From positions 3,945-67,944 of the forward strand of contig JANXYP010000346.1 in the NCBI GenBank assembly GCA_025355955.1: 64,000 bases of DNA. The letters are read 5' to 3'. The stretch comes from Chloroflexota bacterium. Lineage in GTDB: Bacteria > Chloroflexota > Chloroflexia > QHBQ01. The notes beneath the pieces were generated by a model. That model ran no database searches. It worked only from the letters and a program-made list of their open reading frames with translations, and was not told the origin of the DNA. Shown here one piece after another: positions 36,351-44,121 of this stretch. The first letter of the stretch is position 1. Every line of letters starts with the position of its first letter. The position numbers were made by a program, and so were the translations under genes.

Positions 36351-36440
36351 CCATCGCTGGAAGTTGTTGTTCCGTTTGTCCGTTGAACAGCCAGTTGGCT
36401 GGCTCCGTTGTTCCCAAAATAGCCCAAAAGTCCCAGCCGA

Positions 36441-36476
36441 AAAAGCGAAGCAACTCTCCACCAAGCGCGTATAAGC
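36441..36476 (+). promoter_or_regulatory. ECF-type bipartite promoter motif, copy 1 (AAAAGCGAAG-N17-CGTATAAGC)
   Basis: GCGAAG at 36445-36450, a 17-nt spacer and CGTATAAGC at 36468-36476, 63 nt upstream of ATG 36539. It is embedded in a block of about 60 nt conserved with copy 2. Confidence 0.5.
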
Positions 36477-36538
36477 ACCCAGTAAGCAGTTACCCAACCT
36501 CAATCGCAGTTTATCACCATCAGCTAAGGAGGATTACA

Positions 36539-37978
36539 ATGTCCAACCAGGTCAAGTATTACATCCGCGTCGCCATGGTCACCTTCATGGTAATTGCAAT
36601 GGCGATCTTCTACCTGCCGCGTGGCAGCGCGGCCCAGAGCAGTGCGGCCCAGAGCGGCACCGCCATGAACGGCTACAGCGTGGCTCCCGACTTCCTGGCC
36701 TACTGGAACGCCCATGGCGGTCTGGCGGTCAACGGCTACCCAATTACCAGCGAGGCGGTCGAGGCTAGCGTCACCGACGGCAAGAGCTACGCTACGCAGT
36801 GGTTCGAGCGGGCGCGTTATGAGCGCCACCCTGAGAACCCCACTGCTACTGGCACTCTGCTCGGTCTGCTGGGCAGCGAATATGTGAAAGGGCGCACCTT
36901 TGCCCCGGCCGCCAGCCAGGTGAGCAATGCCAGTGTAGCCTACTTCGCGCCGACCGGGCATAGCCTGGCGAACAGTCCCGCGCCGTTCAAGGATTACTGG
37001 CAGCAGCACGGTGGCCTCGCCCAGTTCGGCTACCCCCTCAGCGAACAGGTGCAGGAAGTCAGCACCGACGGGCATACCTACACGGTGCAATACTTCGAGC
37101 GTCAGCGCTTCGAGTACCACCCTGAGCAGAGCAACCCCCAATACCACGTGCTGCTCGGCCTGTTGGGCGTGCAATTGCATAATAGTCCCGACCACGAGCG
37201 CCACTGCGAACCAATCGCCAACAGTAACCCGCTGCCAGAGCCGACTGGCACCGTCCAGGTTACACATGAGCCGCGCCCCACCTGCACCCCGCAGCCAACC
37301 GAGAGTCCCGAGGCCACCCACCAGGCGGAGCCGACCGAGACCCCCGGCTGCGATAGCAGCAACAATGAGTGCCACACCCCCGAACCGACCCACCAGGCCG
37401 AGCCAACCGAAACCCCCGGCTGTGATAGCAGCAACAACGAGTGCCACACCCCCGAACCGACCCACCAGGCCGAGCCAACCGAAACCCCCGGCTGTGATAG
37501 CAGCAACAACGAGTGCCACACTCCCGAACCAACCCATCACCCCGAGCCGACCGAAACCCCCGGCTGCGACAGCAGCAACAATGAGTGCCACACCCCCGAA
37601 CCGACCCACCAGGCGGAGCCGACCGAAACCCCTGGCTGCGACAGCGGCAACAATGAGTGCCACACCCCCATGCCAACTCCCATCGCGACGACCACTCATG
37701 AGCCAGAGCCGACCCACACTCCCGATTGCGGCTTCCACTGCAATACCCCAGCGCCGACCGAAACCCACCAGCCAGAGCCAACCGAGACCCCTGAGGCCAC
37801 CCATCAGCCGGAACCGACCCGCACTCCCGATTGTGGCTTCCACTGCCATACTCCCCAGCCGACCGAAACCCACCAGGCGGAGCCAACCGAGACCCCCGAG
37901 GCTACCCATCAGCCGGAGCCGACCCACACTCCCGATTGTGGCTTCCACTGCGAACCGACGGTCACGCCCCGGCCCTGA
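36539..37978 (+). CDS. Secreted protein with 2x LGFP-like repeats followed by His/Cys/Pro/Thr tandem repeats (5x 24 aa, then about 2.7x 35 aa)
   Basis: AAGGAGG RBS and ATG 36539, with a signal anchor MSNQVKYYIRVAMV. Five units of HQAEPTETPGCDSSNNECHTPEPT are followed by units of HQPEPT.TPDCGFHC.TP.PTETHQ.EPTETPEAT. The track start 36383 is rejected. A terminator-like hairpin follows. Confidence 0.8.
   Translation: MSNQVKYYIRVAMVTFMVIAMAIFYLPRGSAAQSSAAQSGTAMNGYSVAPDFLAYWNAHGGLAVNGYPITSEAVEASVTDGKSYATQWFERARYERHPENPTATGTLLGLLGSEYVKGRTFAPAASQVSNASVAYFAPTGHSLANSPAPFKDYWQQHGGLAQFGYPLSEQVQEVSTDGHTYTVQYFERQRFEYHPEQSNPQYHVLLGLLGVQLHNSPDHERHCEPIANSNPLPEPTGTVQVTHEPRPTCTPQPTESPEATHQAEPTETPGCDSSNNECHTPEPTHQAEPTETPGCDSSNNECHTPEPTHQAEPTETPGCDSSNNECHTPEPTHHPEPTETPGCDSSNNECHTPEPTHQAEPTETPGCDSGNNECHTPMPTPIATTTHEPEPTHTPDCGFHCNTPAPTETHQPEPTETPEATHQPEPTRTPDCGFHCHTPQPTETHQAEPTETPEATHQPEPTHTPDCGFHCEPTVTPRP
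37319..37678 (+). repeat. Coding tandem repeat, 5 x 72 bp (24-aa unit HQAEPTETPGCDSSNNECHTPEPT)
   Basis: Unit starts at 37319, 37391, 37463, 37535 and 37607. The units differ by a handful of mostly synonymous or conservative changes. Confidence 0.9.
37697..37975 (+). repeat. Coding tandem repeat, about 2.7 x 105 bp (35-aa unit H.PEPT.TPDCGFHC.TP.PTETHQ.EPTETPEAT)
   Basis: Units start at about 37697, 37802 and 37907 (truncated by the stop). Confidence 0.85.
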
Positions 37979-38014
37979 GCAGCGAAACTGAAGATCGCCA
38001 ATCGCATCCCTCCG

Positions 38015-38049
38015 CGCCCTGGCAGCAATGTCAGGGCGGGTTATTTTGG
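38015..38049 (+). terminator. Terminator-like hairpin after the 36539..37978 gene
   Basis: The stem CGCCCTG/CAGGGCG has a 10-nt loop and the tail GGTTATTTT. Confidence 0.45.
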
Positions 38050-38093
38050 CACTATTATTTGCCGCTGATAAATAGCCCAAAAGTCCCAGCCAA

Positions 38094-38129
38094 AAAACCG
38101 AAGCAACCCAGCCCCACTTACGTATTAGC
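38094..38129 (+). promoter_or_regulatory. ECF-type bipartite promoter motif, copy 2 (AAAACCGAAG-N17-CGTATTAGC)
   Basis: CCGAAG at 38098-38103, a 17-nt spacer and CGTATTAGC at 38121-38129, upstream of ATG 38241. Confidence 0.5.
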
Positions 38130-38240
38130 TCTCGTTAAGCAATTCCCCAATTCTGGTGCCAACCTGGGCCGACCGCGACGGCAGGTTGCCCAGGCAAATC
38201 TAACCACAGCATTATCAGCATCAACAGGAGGAGAATAACA

Positions 38241-38894
38241 ATGCCCAGTCAGATAAAGTTTTACATCCGCGTCGCGCTGGTCGCCGCCTTGGTGATCGGC
38301 TTTAGCATCCTATTCATGCCGCAGGGCAATGCAGCCCAGATTGTTTCGCCCGATGGTATCACCAATCCGCAGCCCAACCCCGACCACCACTGCCGTTCAG
38401 GGGTCAATCTGAATCCGCTGCCGCAGCCAACTGGCACGGCCCAGGCCACGCCCATGCCGACCTGTACCCCGGAGCCGACCCGCACACCAGTTCATTGTGA
38501 ACACCACTGTGGCACGCCAATGCCGACCCCCATGGCAACCTCCACCGAGCAGCATTGCTGGCACGAGTGCGGCACCCCCGAGCCAACCCACCAACCCGAG
38601 CCGACCCGCACTCCCGGTTGCGACAGCAGCAACCATGAGTGCCAGACTCCGGAGCCAACCACCACCGAGCAGCATTGCTGGCACGATTGTGGCACGCCAA
38701 TGCCAACCCCCATTGCGACGACCACCGAGCAGCACTGCTGGCACGATTGTGGCACCCCGCAGCCAACCCACACCCCCGAACCGACCCGCACCGCAGAGCC
38801 AACTCACAATCCGCAGCCAACTACCACTGAGCAGCATTGCTGGCACGATTGCGGCACCGCCACCCCAACCCCCACCCGCGTATCGAACTCCTAA
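38241..38894 (+). CDS. Secreted His/Cys/Pro/Thr repeat protein, paralogous N-terminus to 36539..37978
   Basis: AGGAGG RBS and signal anchor MPSQIKFYIRVALV. Repeated (T)EQHCWH(D/E)CGTP (x4), plus HCEHHCGTP and GCDSSNHECQTPEPT. A good terminator follows. Confidence 0.8.
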   Translation: MPSQIKFYIRVALVAALVIGFSILFMPQGNAAQIVSPDGITNPQPNPDHHCRSGVNLNPLPQPTGTAQATPMPTCTPEPTRTPVHCEHHCGTPMPTPMATSTEQHCWHECGTPEPTHQPEPTRTPGCDSSNHECQTPEPTTTEQHCWHDCGTPMPTPIATTTEQHCWHDCGTPQPTHTPEPTRTAEPTHNPQPTTTEQHCWHDCGTATPTPTRVSNS

Positions 38895-38928
38895 TCACCC
38901 CATCTGATGCTTACGAACCCGATCAAAT

Positions 38929-38963
38929 GCGCCTTGGCAACGATGCCGAGGCGCGTCGTTTTT
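38929..38963 (+). terminator. Rho-independent terminator after the 38241..38894 gene
   Basis: An 11-bp stem GCGCCTTGGCA/TGCCGAGGCGC (one G-U pair), loop ACGA, then GTCGTTTTT. Confidence 0.65.
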
Positions 38964-39007
38964 GGTACTATGCTATGTTACTGATGCCATATGCGGTTCT
39001 GCCAAAT

Positions 39008-39041
39008 AAAAGCGAAGTAAAAACATAAATCTACGTATTAG
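39008..39041 (+). promoter_or_regulatory. ECF-type bipartite promoter motif, copy 3, upstream of the ECF sigma gene (AAAAGCGAAG-N16-CGTATTAG)
   Basis: GCGAAG at 39012-39017, a 16-nt spacer and CGTATTAG at 39034-39041. A possible sigma-70-type TTAGAT-17-TATAAT (39038-39066) overlaps it. Confidence 0.5.
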
Positions 39042-39110
39042 ATTATGTATGAAACTATGCTATAATTTAATAACCAGGTTGGCAGACCTGTCCTGTAAGG
39101 ATTGCTGAAG

Positions 39111-39710
39111 ATGATTTTGCAGCGGAGCGCAACTCTTGTGGTGAGCAGCACTACTGACCAACAATTCGACTTGGTCTTCAACAGATATGGTGGGTTTGTC
39201 TACACAATTGCCCAGGCGCTGCTGAAGAACCGGCAGGACGCAGAAGACGCTGTGCAGGAAGTGTTCATCCGGGTGTATCGTTCGATGGACCATTATGACG
39301 AAATCAAGGGCAGCATGGAGGGTTGGCTACGGGCCATCTTGCTCAACTACTGCCGCGACAAATGGCGCAAACGCGGTTTCCTCAGCATCCCTATCAGCCT
39401 GCTCGCACATAACCAGGATGATGGGGACGGCAACTGGGAGGAAGCGCTGGGTAACGCGGGTGGCATCAGCAAGCAGGAGGCGGGGCCGGATATGACCTTG
39501 CTGCGCCGCGAGAGTGAGGACGAGCTGTGGACGGCAGTGAATAGCCTCAGCGAAAAGCTGCGCCGCGTGGTGGTGCTGCGCTACTATATGGATCTCACCG
39601 ACAACGAAGTGGCCGAGACGCTCGGCCTGCCTAAAGGCACGGTCTACTCGCGGTTGCACGCCGCCCACCAGCGCTTGCAGGCGCTGTTGAACCCTGGTGA
39701 AGAACGATGA
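39111..39710 (+). CDS. ECF sigma factor
   Basis: Region 2 (FDLVFNRYGGFVYTIAQALLKNRQDAEDAVQEVFIRVY) and region 4 (RRVVVLRYYMDLTDNEVAETLGLPKGTVYSRLHAAHQRL). I prefer ATG 39111, 9 nt after AAGGA; the track start is TTG 39102. The stop overlaps the next start (ATGA). Confidence 0.88.
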   Translation: MILQRSATLVVSSTTDQQFDLVFNRYGGFVYTIAQALLKNRQDAEDAVQEVFIRVYRSMDHYDEIKGSMEGWLRAILLNYCRDKWRKRGFLSIPISLLAHNQDDGDGNWEEALGNAGGISKQEAGPDMTLLRRESEDELWTAVNSLSEKLRRVVVLRYYMDLTDNEVAETLGLPKGTVYSRLHAAHQRLQALLNPGEER

Positions 39711-41263
39711 ATCACGAACAAACTCAACGTGCAATTAACGGCTACCTGCGCGGCGAACTGGGAGCAGACGAGCAACGCGGCTTCCTTGCCCATGTCCGCG
39801 CTTGCCCACGCTGCAGCAGCGAACTGGCGATTGCCAGCCGCCTACAACGCGAACTGCCGCAGGCTGCGCCCTATCGCGCCAGCATCGGCACACCACTGCC
39901 TGCCGCCCTGGCGGCCAGGGTGCGGGCTAGCGTCGCCGGTCAGCAGGGGGGCAAGCCGCTCGGCTGGCTCGATTGGCTCTTCCCTGGGGCGCAACCCAGC
40001 CTGCTGCGTGGGGTGGTCAACGTGCTGGGCGTGTTCCTGCTGCTGTTCGCGTTCGCCGTAGGCGCGGCTGCGCTACGCAACGCCTTCCAGCCCGGCCCAT
40101 CCAGGCCAGGGTACGCCGCCAACTTTACCTACTCGGTCAAGCAGAACCTCACCTACGTGTTTACCGATACCACCATCACTACCGACACGCTGACCTACAG
40201 TTGGAACTTCGGCGATGGCGGCAATAGCGCCATGCACAATCCCAGCCACACCTACGGCGTGAGCGGGGTTTACAACGTGAGCATGGCGGTGAGCGGGCCG
40301 CGCGGAACTGGCAACAAGTCTCTGGGGGTGTCGGTTGGCCCCAGCGTTGCCGTCACCGTCAGCCCCACGCCGACGGCATTGCCCAGCGCCACCGCGTTCC
40401 TACCCGGCCCGTTTACGACGACCCCGGCGCTGCTGCCGTCGATGGATACTGCGACTCCACCAGCAACCGATACCCCGTCTCTACCCGGCCCGCCCATCCC
40501 GACGCGGCCCAACCTCACCCCGCTGCCGTTCGTGCCGCCCAGCGCGACCCCGCTGCTGCCCACCCCACCGACCGTGCTGCCACAGCAACCCAGCCCCACC
40601 CCGGCGCAATTGCCCAACAATGGACCAACCGGCACGGCCTTGCCGCAGTCGAGCGCTACCCCGCTGCCCATATCCAGCGCCACTGCAGTGCCGCAGCCAA
40701 CCAGCACGCCATTCGCTGCGCCAAGTGATACCCCGCTGCCCGCGCCGAGCAATACCCCACTGACCGCGCCGACCATCACGCCGACCGCCATATCGAGTAG
40801 CACACCGACCGCCATTCCGACCAGTGAGCCGAGCAGCATACCGAGCAGTACGCCACGTCCAGAGCCAAGCAATACCCCTCAGCCGGAGCCGACCAGCGCG
40901 CCGAGCGGTACGCCACTACCCGTGTCGAGCAATACGCCCGCGCCAAGCGATACGCCAGAACCGCAGCCGAGCGATACGCCAGAACCGCAGCCGAGCAGCA
41001 CGCCGCTGCCGAGCAACACGCCCGCGCCAAGCGATACGCCGCTACCGCAACCAAGCAGCACGCCGCTGCCGAACCACACGCCACATCCAACCGAGACATC
41101 AACGCCCACCCACGAGCCGCAGCCGACGCACACACCAATGCCGCCCACTGAAACGCCCACCCCGACCGAAACGCCCAGGGCCGAGCCTACCGAGACACCA
41201 GGGCCGCACCCAAGCTGCACCCCGCATACGGACAGCGAACCAGACTATGGCTGCAGCGGTTAA
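39707..41263 (+). CDS. ZAS-type (zf-HC2) anti-sigma factor with a TM helix, an extracytoplasmic PKD domain and a long Pro/Thr/Ser tail ending in Cys residues
   Basis: HVRACPRC is H-x3-C-x2-C. TM helix GVVNVLGVFLLLFAFAVGAAAL. PKD-like block YSWNFGDGGNSAMHNPSHTYGVSGVYNVSMAV. The tail contains THEPQPTHTP and AEPTETPG, both shared with the 36539 protein, and ends SCTPHTDSEPDYGCSG. Confidence 0.85.
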   Translation: MNHEQTQRAINGYLRGELGADEQRGFLAHVRACPRCSSELAIASRLQRELPQAAPYRASIGTPLPAALAARVRASVAGQQGGKPLGWLDWLFPGAQPSLLRGVVNVLGVFLLLFAFAVGAAALRNAFQPGPSRPGYAANFTYSVKQNLTYVFTDTTITTDTLTYSWNFGDGGNSAMHNPSHTYGVSGVYNVSMAVSGPRGTGNKSLGVSVGPSVAVTVSPTPTALPSATAFLPGPFTTTPALLPSMDTATPPATDTPSLPGPPIPTRPNLTPLPFVPPSATPLLPTPPTVLPQQPSPTPAQLPNNGPTGTALPQSSATPLPISSATAVPQPTSTPFAAPSDTPLPAPSNTPLTAPTITPTAISSSTPTAIPTSEPSSIPSSTPRPEPSNTPQPEPTSAPSGTPLPVSSNTPAPSDTPEPQPSDTPEPQPSSTPLPSNTPAPSDTPLPQPSSTPLPNHTPHPTETSTPTHEPQPTHTPMPPTETPTPTETPRAEPTETPGPHPSCTPHTDSEPDYGCSG

Positions 41264-41311
41264 TTGGTAAAACACAAGCCGGGCAATTGTTGCCCGGCTT
41301 TGCTGATCCAC

Positions 41312-42440
41312 CTACGCTTCTTCCTCGTCCGGCTTCACCGCTTCGTCGGCCTTCCAGTGCAAGTAGGTGTTGATGAAAGGGTCGAGGTCGCCGTCCATCA
41401 CCCCGAAGATGTCACTAGTCGAGTAGCCGCTACGATAGTCGTCCACCTTCTGATAAGGCATAAAGACGTAGGAGCGGATCTGGCTACCCCAACCCGCTTG
41501 CACGTGTTCACCACGCAACTTGGCCTGCTCCTCATCCTTCTTCTGCCGCTCCAACTCCCACAGCTTGGCCCGCATGATCTTCATCGCAGTCTCGCGGTTC
41601 TGGATCTGGCTACGCTCGTTCTGGCAGGTGACCACGATGCCGGTGGGGATATGGGTGAGGCGGATGGCGGTCGAGGTCTTGTTCACGTTCTGGCCGCCCG
41701 CGCCGGTAGCGCGATACATGTCCATCTTGATGTCGTCGTCGTTGATCTCTATCTCGATCTTGTCGTCAAGCTCCGGCAGGATTTCGACGAGGGCGAACGA
41801 GGTCTGGCGGCGGTGCTGGCTATCGTAAGGGGATATGCGTACCATACGATGCTGGCCCGCCTCGCCGTGCATATAGCCGTAGGCGTTGCGCCCGCGAATG
41901 GTCATCGTGCAACTCTTGATGCCCGCCTCGTCGCCTTCGGATACGTAATCAAGCTCCGCATCGTACTTGTGCTGCTCGGCCCAGCGGGTGTACATCCGCA
42001 TCAGCATTTGCGCCCAGGCCATCGCCTCGGTGCCGCCCTCGCGGGCGTAGATGCTCATAATCACGTTGCCCGCGTCGTACTCGCCACCCAACAGCAGTTC
42101 CATCTCATCCTTGACGAGTTGTGCGGCAATGCTGTCATGCTCGGTCTGTAGCTGGGCCAGCATATCATCTTCACCCTCGCTCAGTTCGGCCAGTTCGCGC
42201 AGCTCGGCCACCCGGCTGCCCAGCGTAGCCCAGCGCTCAATCTGCTCACGCAGTTCCGCCGCCCGCTGCGTCACCTGGCGGGCGGTCGGTTGGTCGGTCC
42301 AGAAATCGGATAGCATTGCCTGCTCGTCTAGCTCGATCAGTTCCTTCTCTTTGCGGGGCAAGTCAAAGACGGGCCTGCATCGTATTGATGCGTTCGATGA
42401 GCGCATCGAACCCGCTAGTTAGTTCTTCCGTGGTTGGCAT
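41312..42440 (-). CDS. prfB: Peptide chain release factor 2, with programmed +1 frameshift
   Basis: ATG 42440 opens a 25-codon frame (MPTTEELTSGFDALIERINTMQARL) that ends at CTT TGA C (42368-42362). A +1 shift joins it to the 41312..42406 frame (DLPRKEKELIELDE...). The GGQ motif (GAGGQNVNKTSTA) and RISPYDS (an SPF-type tripeptide variant) are present. GGAGGAG RBS. Confidence 0.92.
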
Positions 42441-42556
42441 GGTTTAGTTGGTCTCCTCCTTGATTTGCAGATAGCTGCACTTTGATGGGCTTGCAGTCTG
42501 ATTCGGTGGGTGATCTTGTTTGGCTGATCAGAATTGGATAATACTCCAATTTCAGA

Positions 42557-42598
42557 CCGAAGATTTGGAGTTTTCGCCCCGAATCTCCAAATCTTCGG
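42557..42598 (-). terminator. Perfect 14-bp-stem hairpin between the fic stop and prfB (terminator or attenuator candidate)
   Basis: CCGAAGATTTGGAG, a 14-nt loop, then CTCCAAATCTTCGG. It starts 3 nt after the fic stop. There is no clear U-tract. Confidence 0.45.
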
Positions 42599-42600
42599 GA

Positions 42601-43899
42601 TCAAGTTGCCGTTCTCTCTACAACATTCATGATGCCCATAGCCGTGTACTTCTTATCGTAGCCACTTTCATCGGCTGGCTGGAGTATATTAGCCGCCACC
42701 AGGTTTTGTACTGCACTCTTTGCTGTTTTGTAGTCGCAACCCAGTACCTTTGCAGCAGCGGAGATTGTTGTTACCGGAGACTCGAAAAGGGCATCTACCA
42801 ACTGCAGCGTTTTAAGTGAGCGGCTGGTTTGTGAAAGCTGCCTGCGCCAGGCAATCTGCAAATCCTGCAACTGCTTTGCCCGATTTGCCGCATCACCGGC
42901 TTGCTCCTGTACACCGCGTAGGAAGAACTTGACCCAGCCATCCCAGTCGCCGTGCTGGTTCACTGCCAGCAGCCGCGCATAGTATTCGTTGCGATGTTGC
43001 TCGAAGAAGGCGCTGAGATAGAGCAGCGGCTTGCGTAGCAGCCCCCAGCTTACCAGCAGCAGGGTGATGAGCAAACGTCCCACCCGCCCATTGCCGTCGA
43101 GGAAGGGATGGATAGCCTCGAAGTGCTGATGTATCATCGCAATACGCACCAGCGGCGGATACTTGTTGCTATAGTGAAGATATTTCTCCAGCGCATCGAG
43201 GCAGTCGAGCATATCGGGGGCGGGTGGCGGCACATAGGTGGCCTGGTTCAGCGTCGCCCCAGCGGGACCAATCCAGTTCTGGCTGCGGCGGAACTCGCCT
43301 GGTGTAGCCTGGTCGCCGCGCACGCCGCGCATCAGATGCTCGTGCAGCTCAAGCATAAAGCGTAGACTGAGCGGCAGGCTCTCTAGCCGCTCGATGCCGT
43401 ATTCCAGTGCATGAACGTAGTTCAGCACCTCGCGCACATCCGACTCCGGCACGGGTGACATCCCCGGCAGCGGCAATTGCCCCGCTTCGTAAGCGTACAA
43501 GTCGGCGATACTCGCTTGCGTTCCCTCGATGCGCGACGACAGCACTGCCTCGCGGCGGATGAAAGGGTTGACCAGCAGGTGAGGATTAGGCAACGCATTG
43601 CCCAGACCATCCAGCCTGCCCAGCATTAGCGCCGCTTCACTAGACAACTGAATGGCTTCGTCGTCTAGTTCAAGCGCAGGAGGTAGAGGGTTAGGCACGA
43701 ACGCCCAGTAGCTAGCGGTTCCTTGCCCTACTTTGTTGATGCGCCCCGCTGGGCTATTTTTGAAATCTTCGAGGTTCAACGCAACGACCTCCACTGCGAC
43801 ACAATATGCCAGCCTATTATACCCAAATAGCCAAAGGTGATGCAACCGCATATGCAAGTAGTTAAGGGGAGAGGGGAAAGCAACATTGCCGTAGCGCAA
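42601..43899 (-). CDS. fic: Fic family protein (class II, N-terminal autoinhibitory motif; C-terminal wHTH-like)
   Basis: The Fic motif HPFLDGNGRVGRLL matches HxFx(D/E)GNGRxxR. The upstream SSRIEGT matches the (S/T)xxxE(G/N) inhibitory helix. The true start is probably downstream of the track start (GTG 43794 or TTG 43779), because homologues begin near ...YWAFVPNPLPP. Confidence 0.85.
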   Translation of the reverse strand: MRYGNVAFPSPLNYLHMRLHHLWLFGYNRLAYCVAVEVVALNLEDFKNSPAGRINKVGQGTASYWAFVPNPLPPALELDDEAIQLSSEAALMLGRLDGLGNALPNPHLLVNPFIRREAVLSSRIEGTQASIADLYAYEAGQLPLPGMSPVPESDVREVLNYVHALEYGIERLESLPLSLRFMLELHEHLMRGVRGDQATPGEFRRSQNWIGPAGATLNQATYVPPPAPDMLDCLDALEKYLHYSNKYPPLVRIAMIHQHFEAIHPFLDGNGRVGRLLITLLLVSWGLLRKPLLYLSAFFEQHRNEYYARLLAVNQHGDWDGWVKFFLRGVQEQAGDAANRAKQLQDLQIAWRRQLSQTSRSLKTLQLVDALFESPVTTISAAAKVLGCDYKTAKSAVQNLVAANILQPADESGYDKKYTAMGIMNVVERTAT

Positions 43900-44121
43900 G
43901 CGGGCAAGCGCAACCCGTCCCTACAGTGTTTCCGCCGTGCTTGCCGCAGTGGTATAATGCAACGGCATAATATTGATGACCACAATTTTGCGTGGTCTGA
44001 TTAGCGGGCAGAACCGCCAGCGAAGAACCAGCCTACAGTGTATACGAGAGGGGCAGACAAGATGGCAGCATATAGCAATCATGACCGTACCGCAGGGGCG
44101 ACCCCATAGCAGAATGAGTGG

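Noticed and set aside
37319-37678. Possible CRISPR or satellite (regular 72-bp period)
   Set aside because: There are no unique spacers, since whole units are repeated. The array is in frame within a well-supported CDS.
36524-38080. 518-aa minus-strand ORF, plus other ORFs overlapping the repeat-protein gene (37011..37991, 37260..37886)
   Set aside because: These are antisense or off-frame shadows of the 72/105-bp coding repeats. Only the + frame from ATG 36539 has an RBS, a signal anchor, recognisable LGFP-like repeats and a terminator.
36539-38894. Multihaem c-type cytochromes (CX3CH in DCGFHCH, CX6CH in CDSSNNECH)
   Set aside because: There is no canonical CxxCH motif, and most CxxxC sites are followed by G, N or E rather than H. 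The Pro/Thr-rich context is unlike cytochrome folds and no cytochrome maturation genes are nearby. I keep it only as a remote alternative.
41264-42151. 295-aa plus-strand ORF
   Set aside because: It is antisense to prfB, which carries the GGQ motif and the canonical frameshift site.
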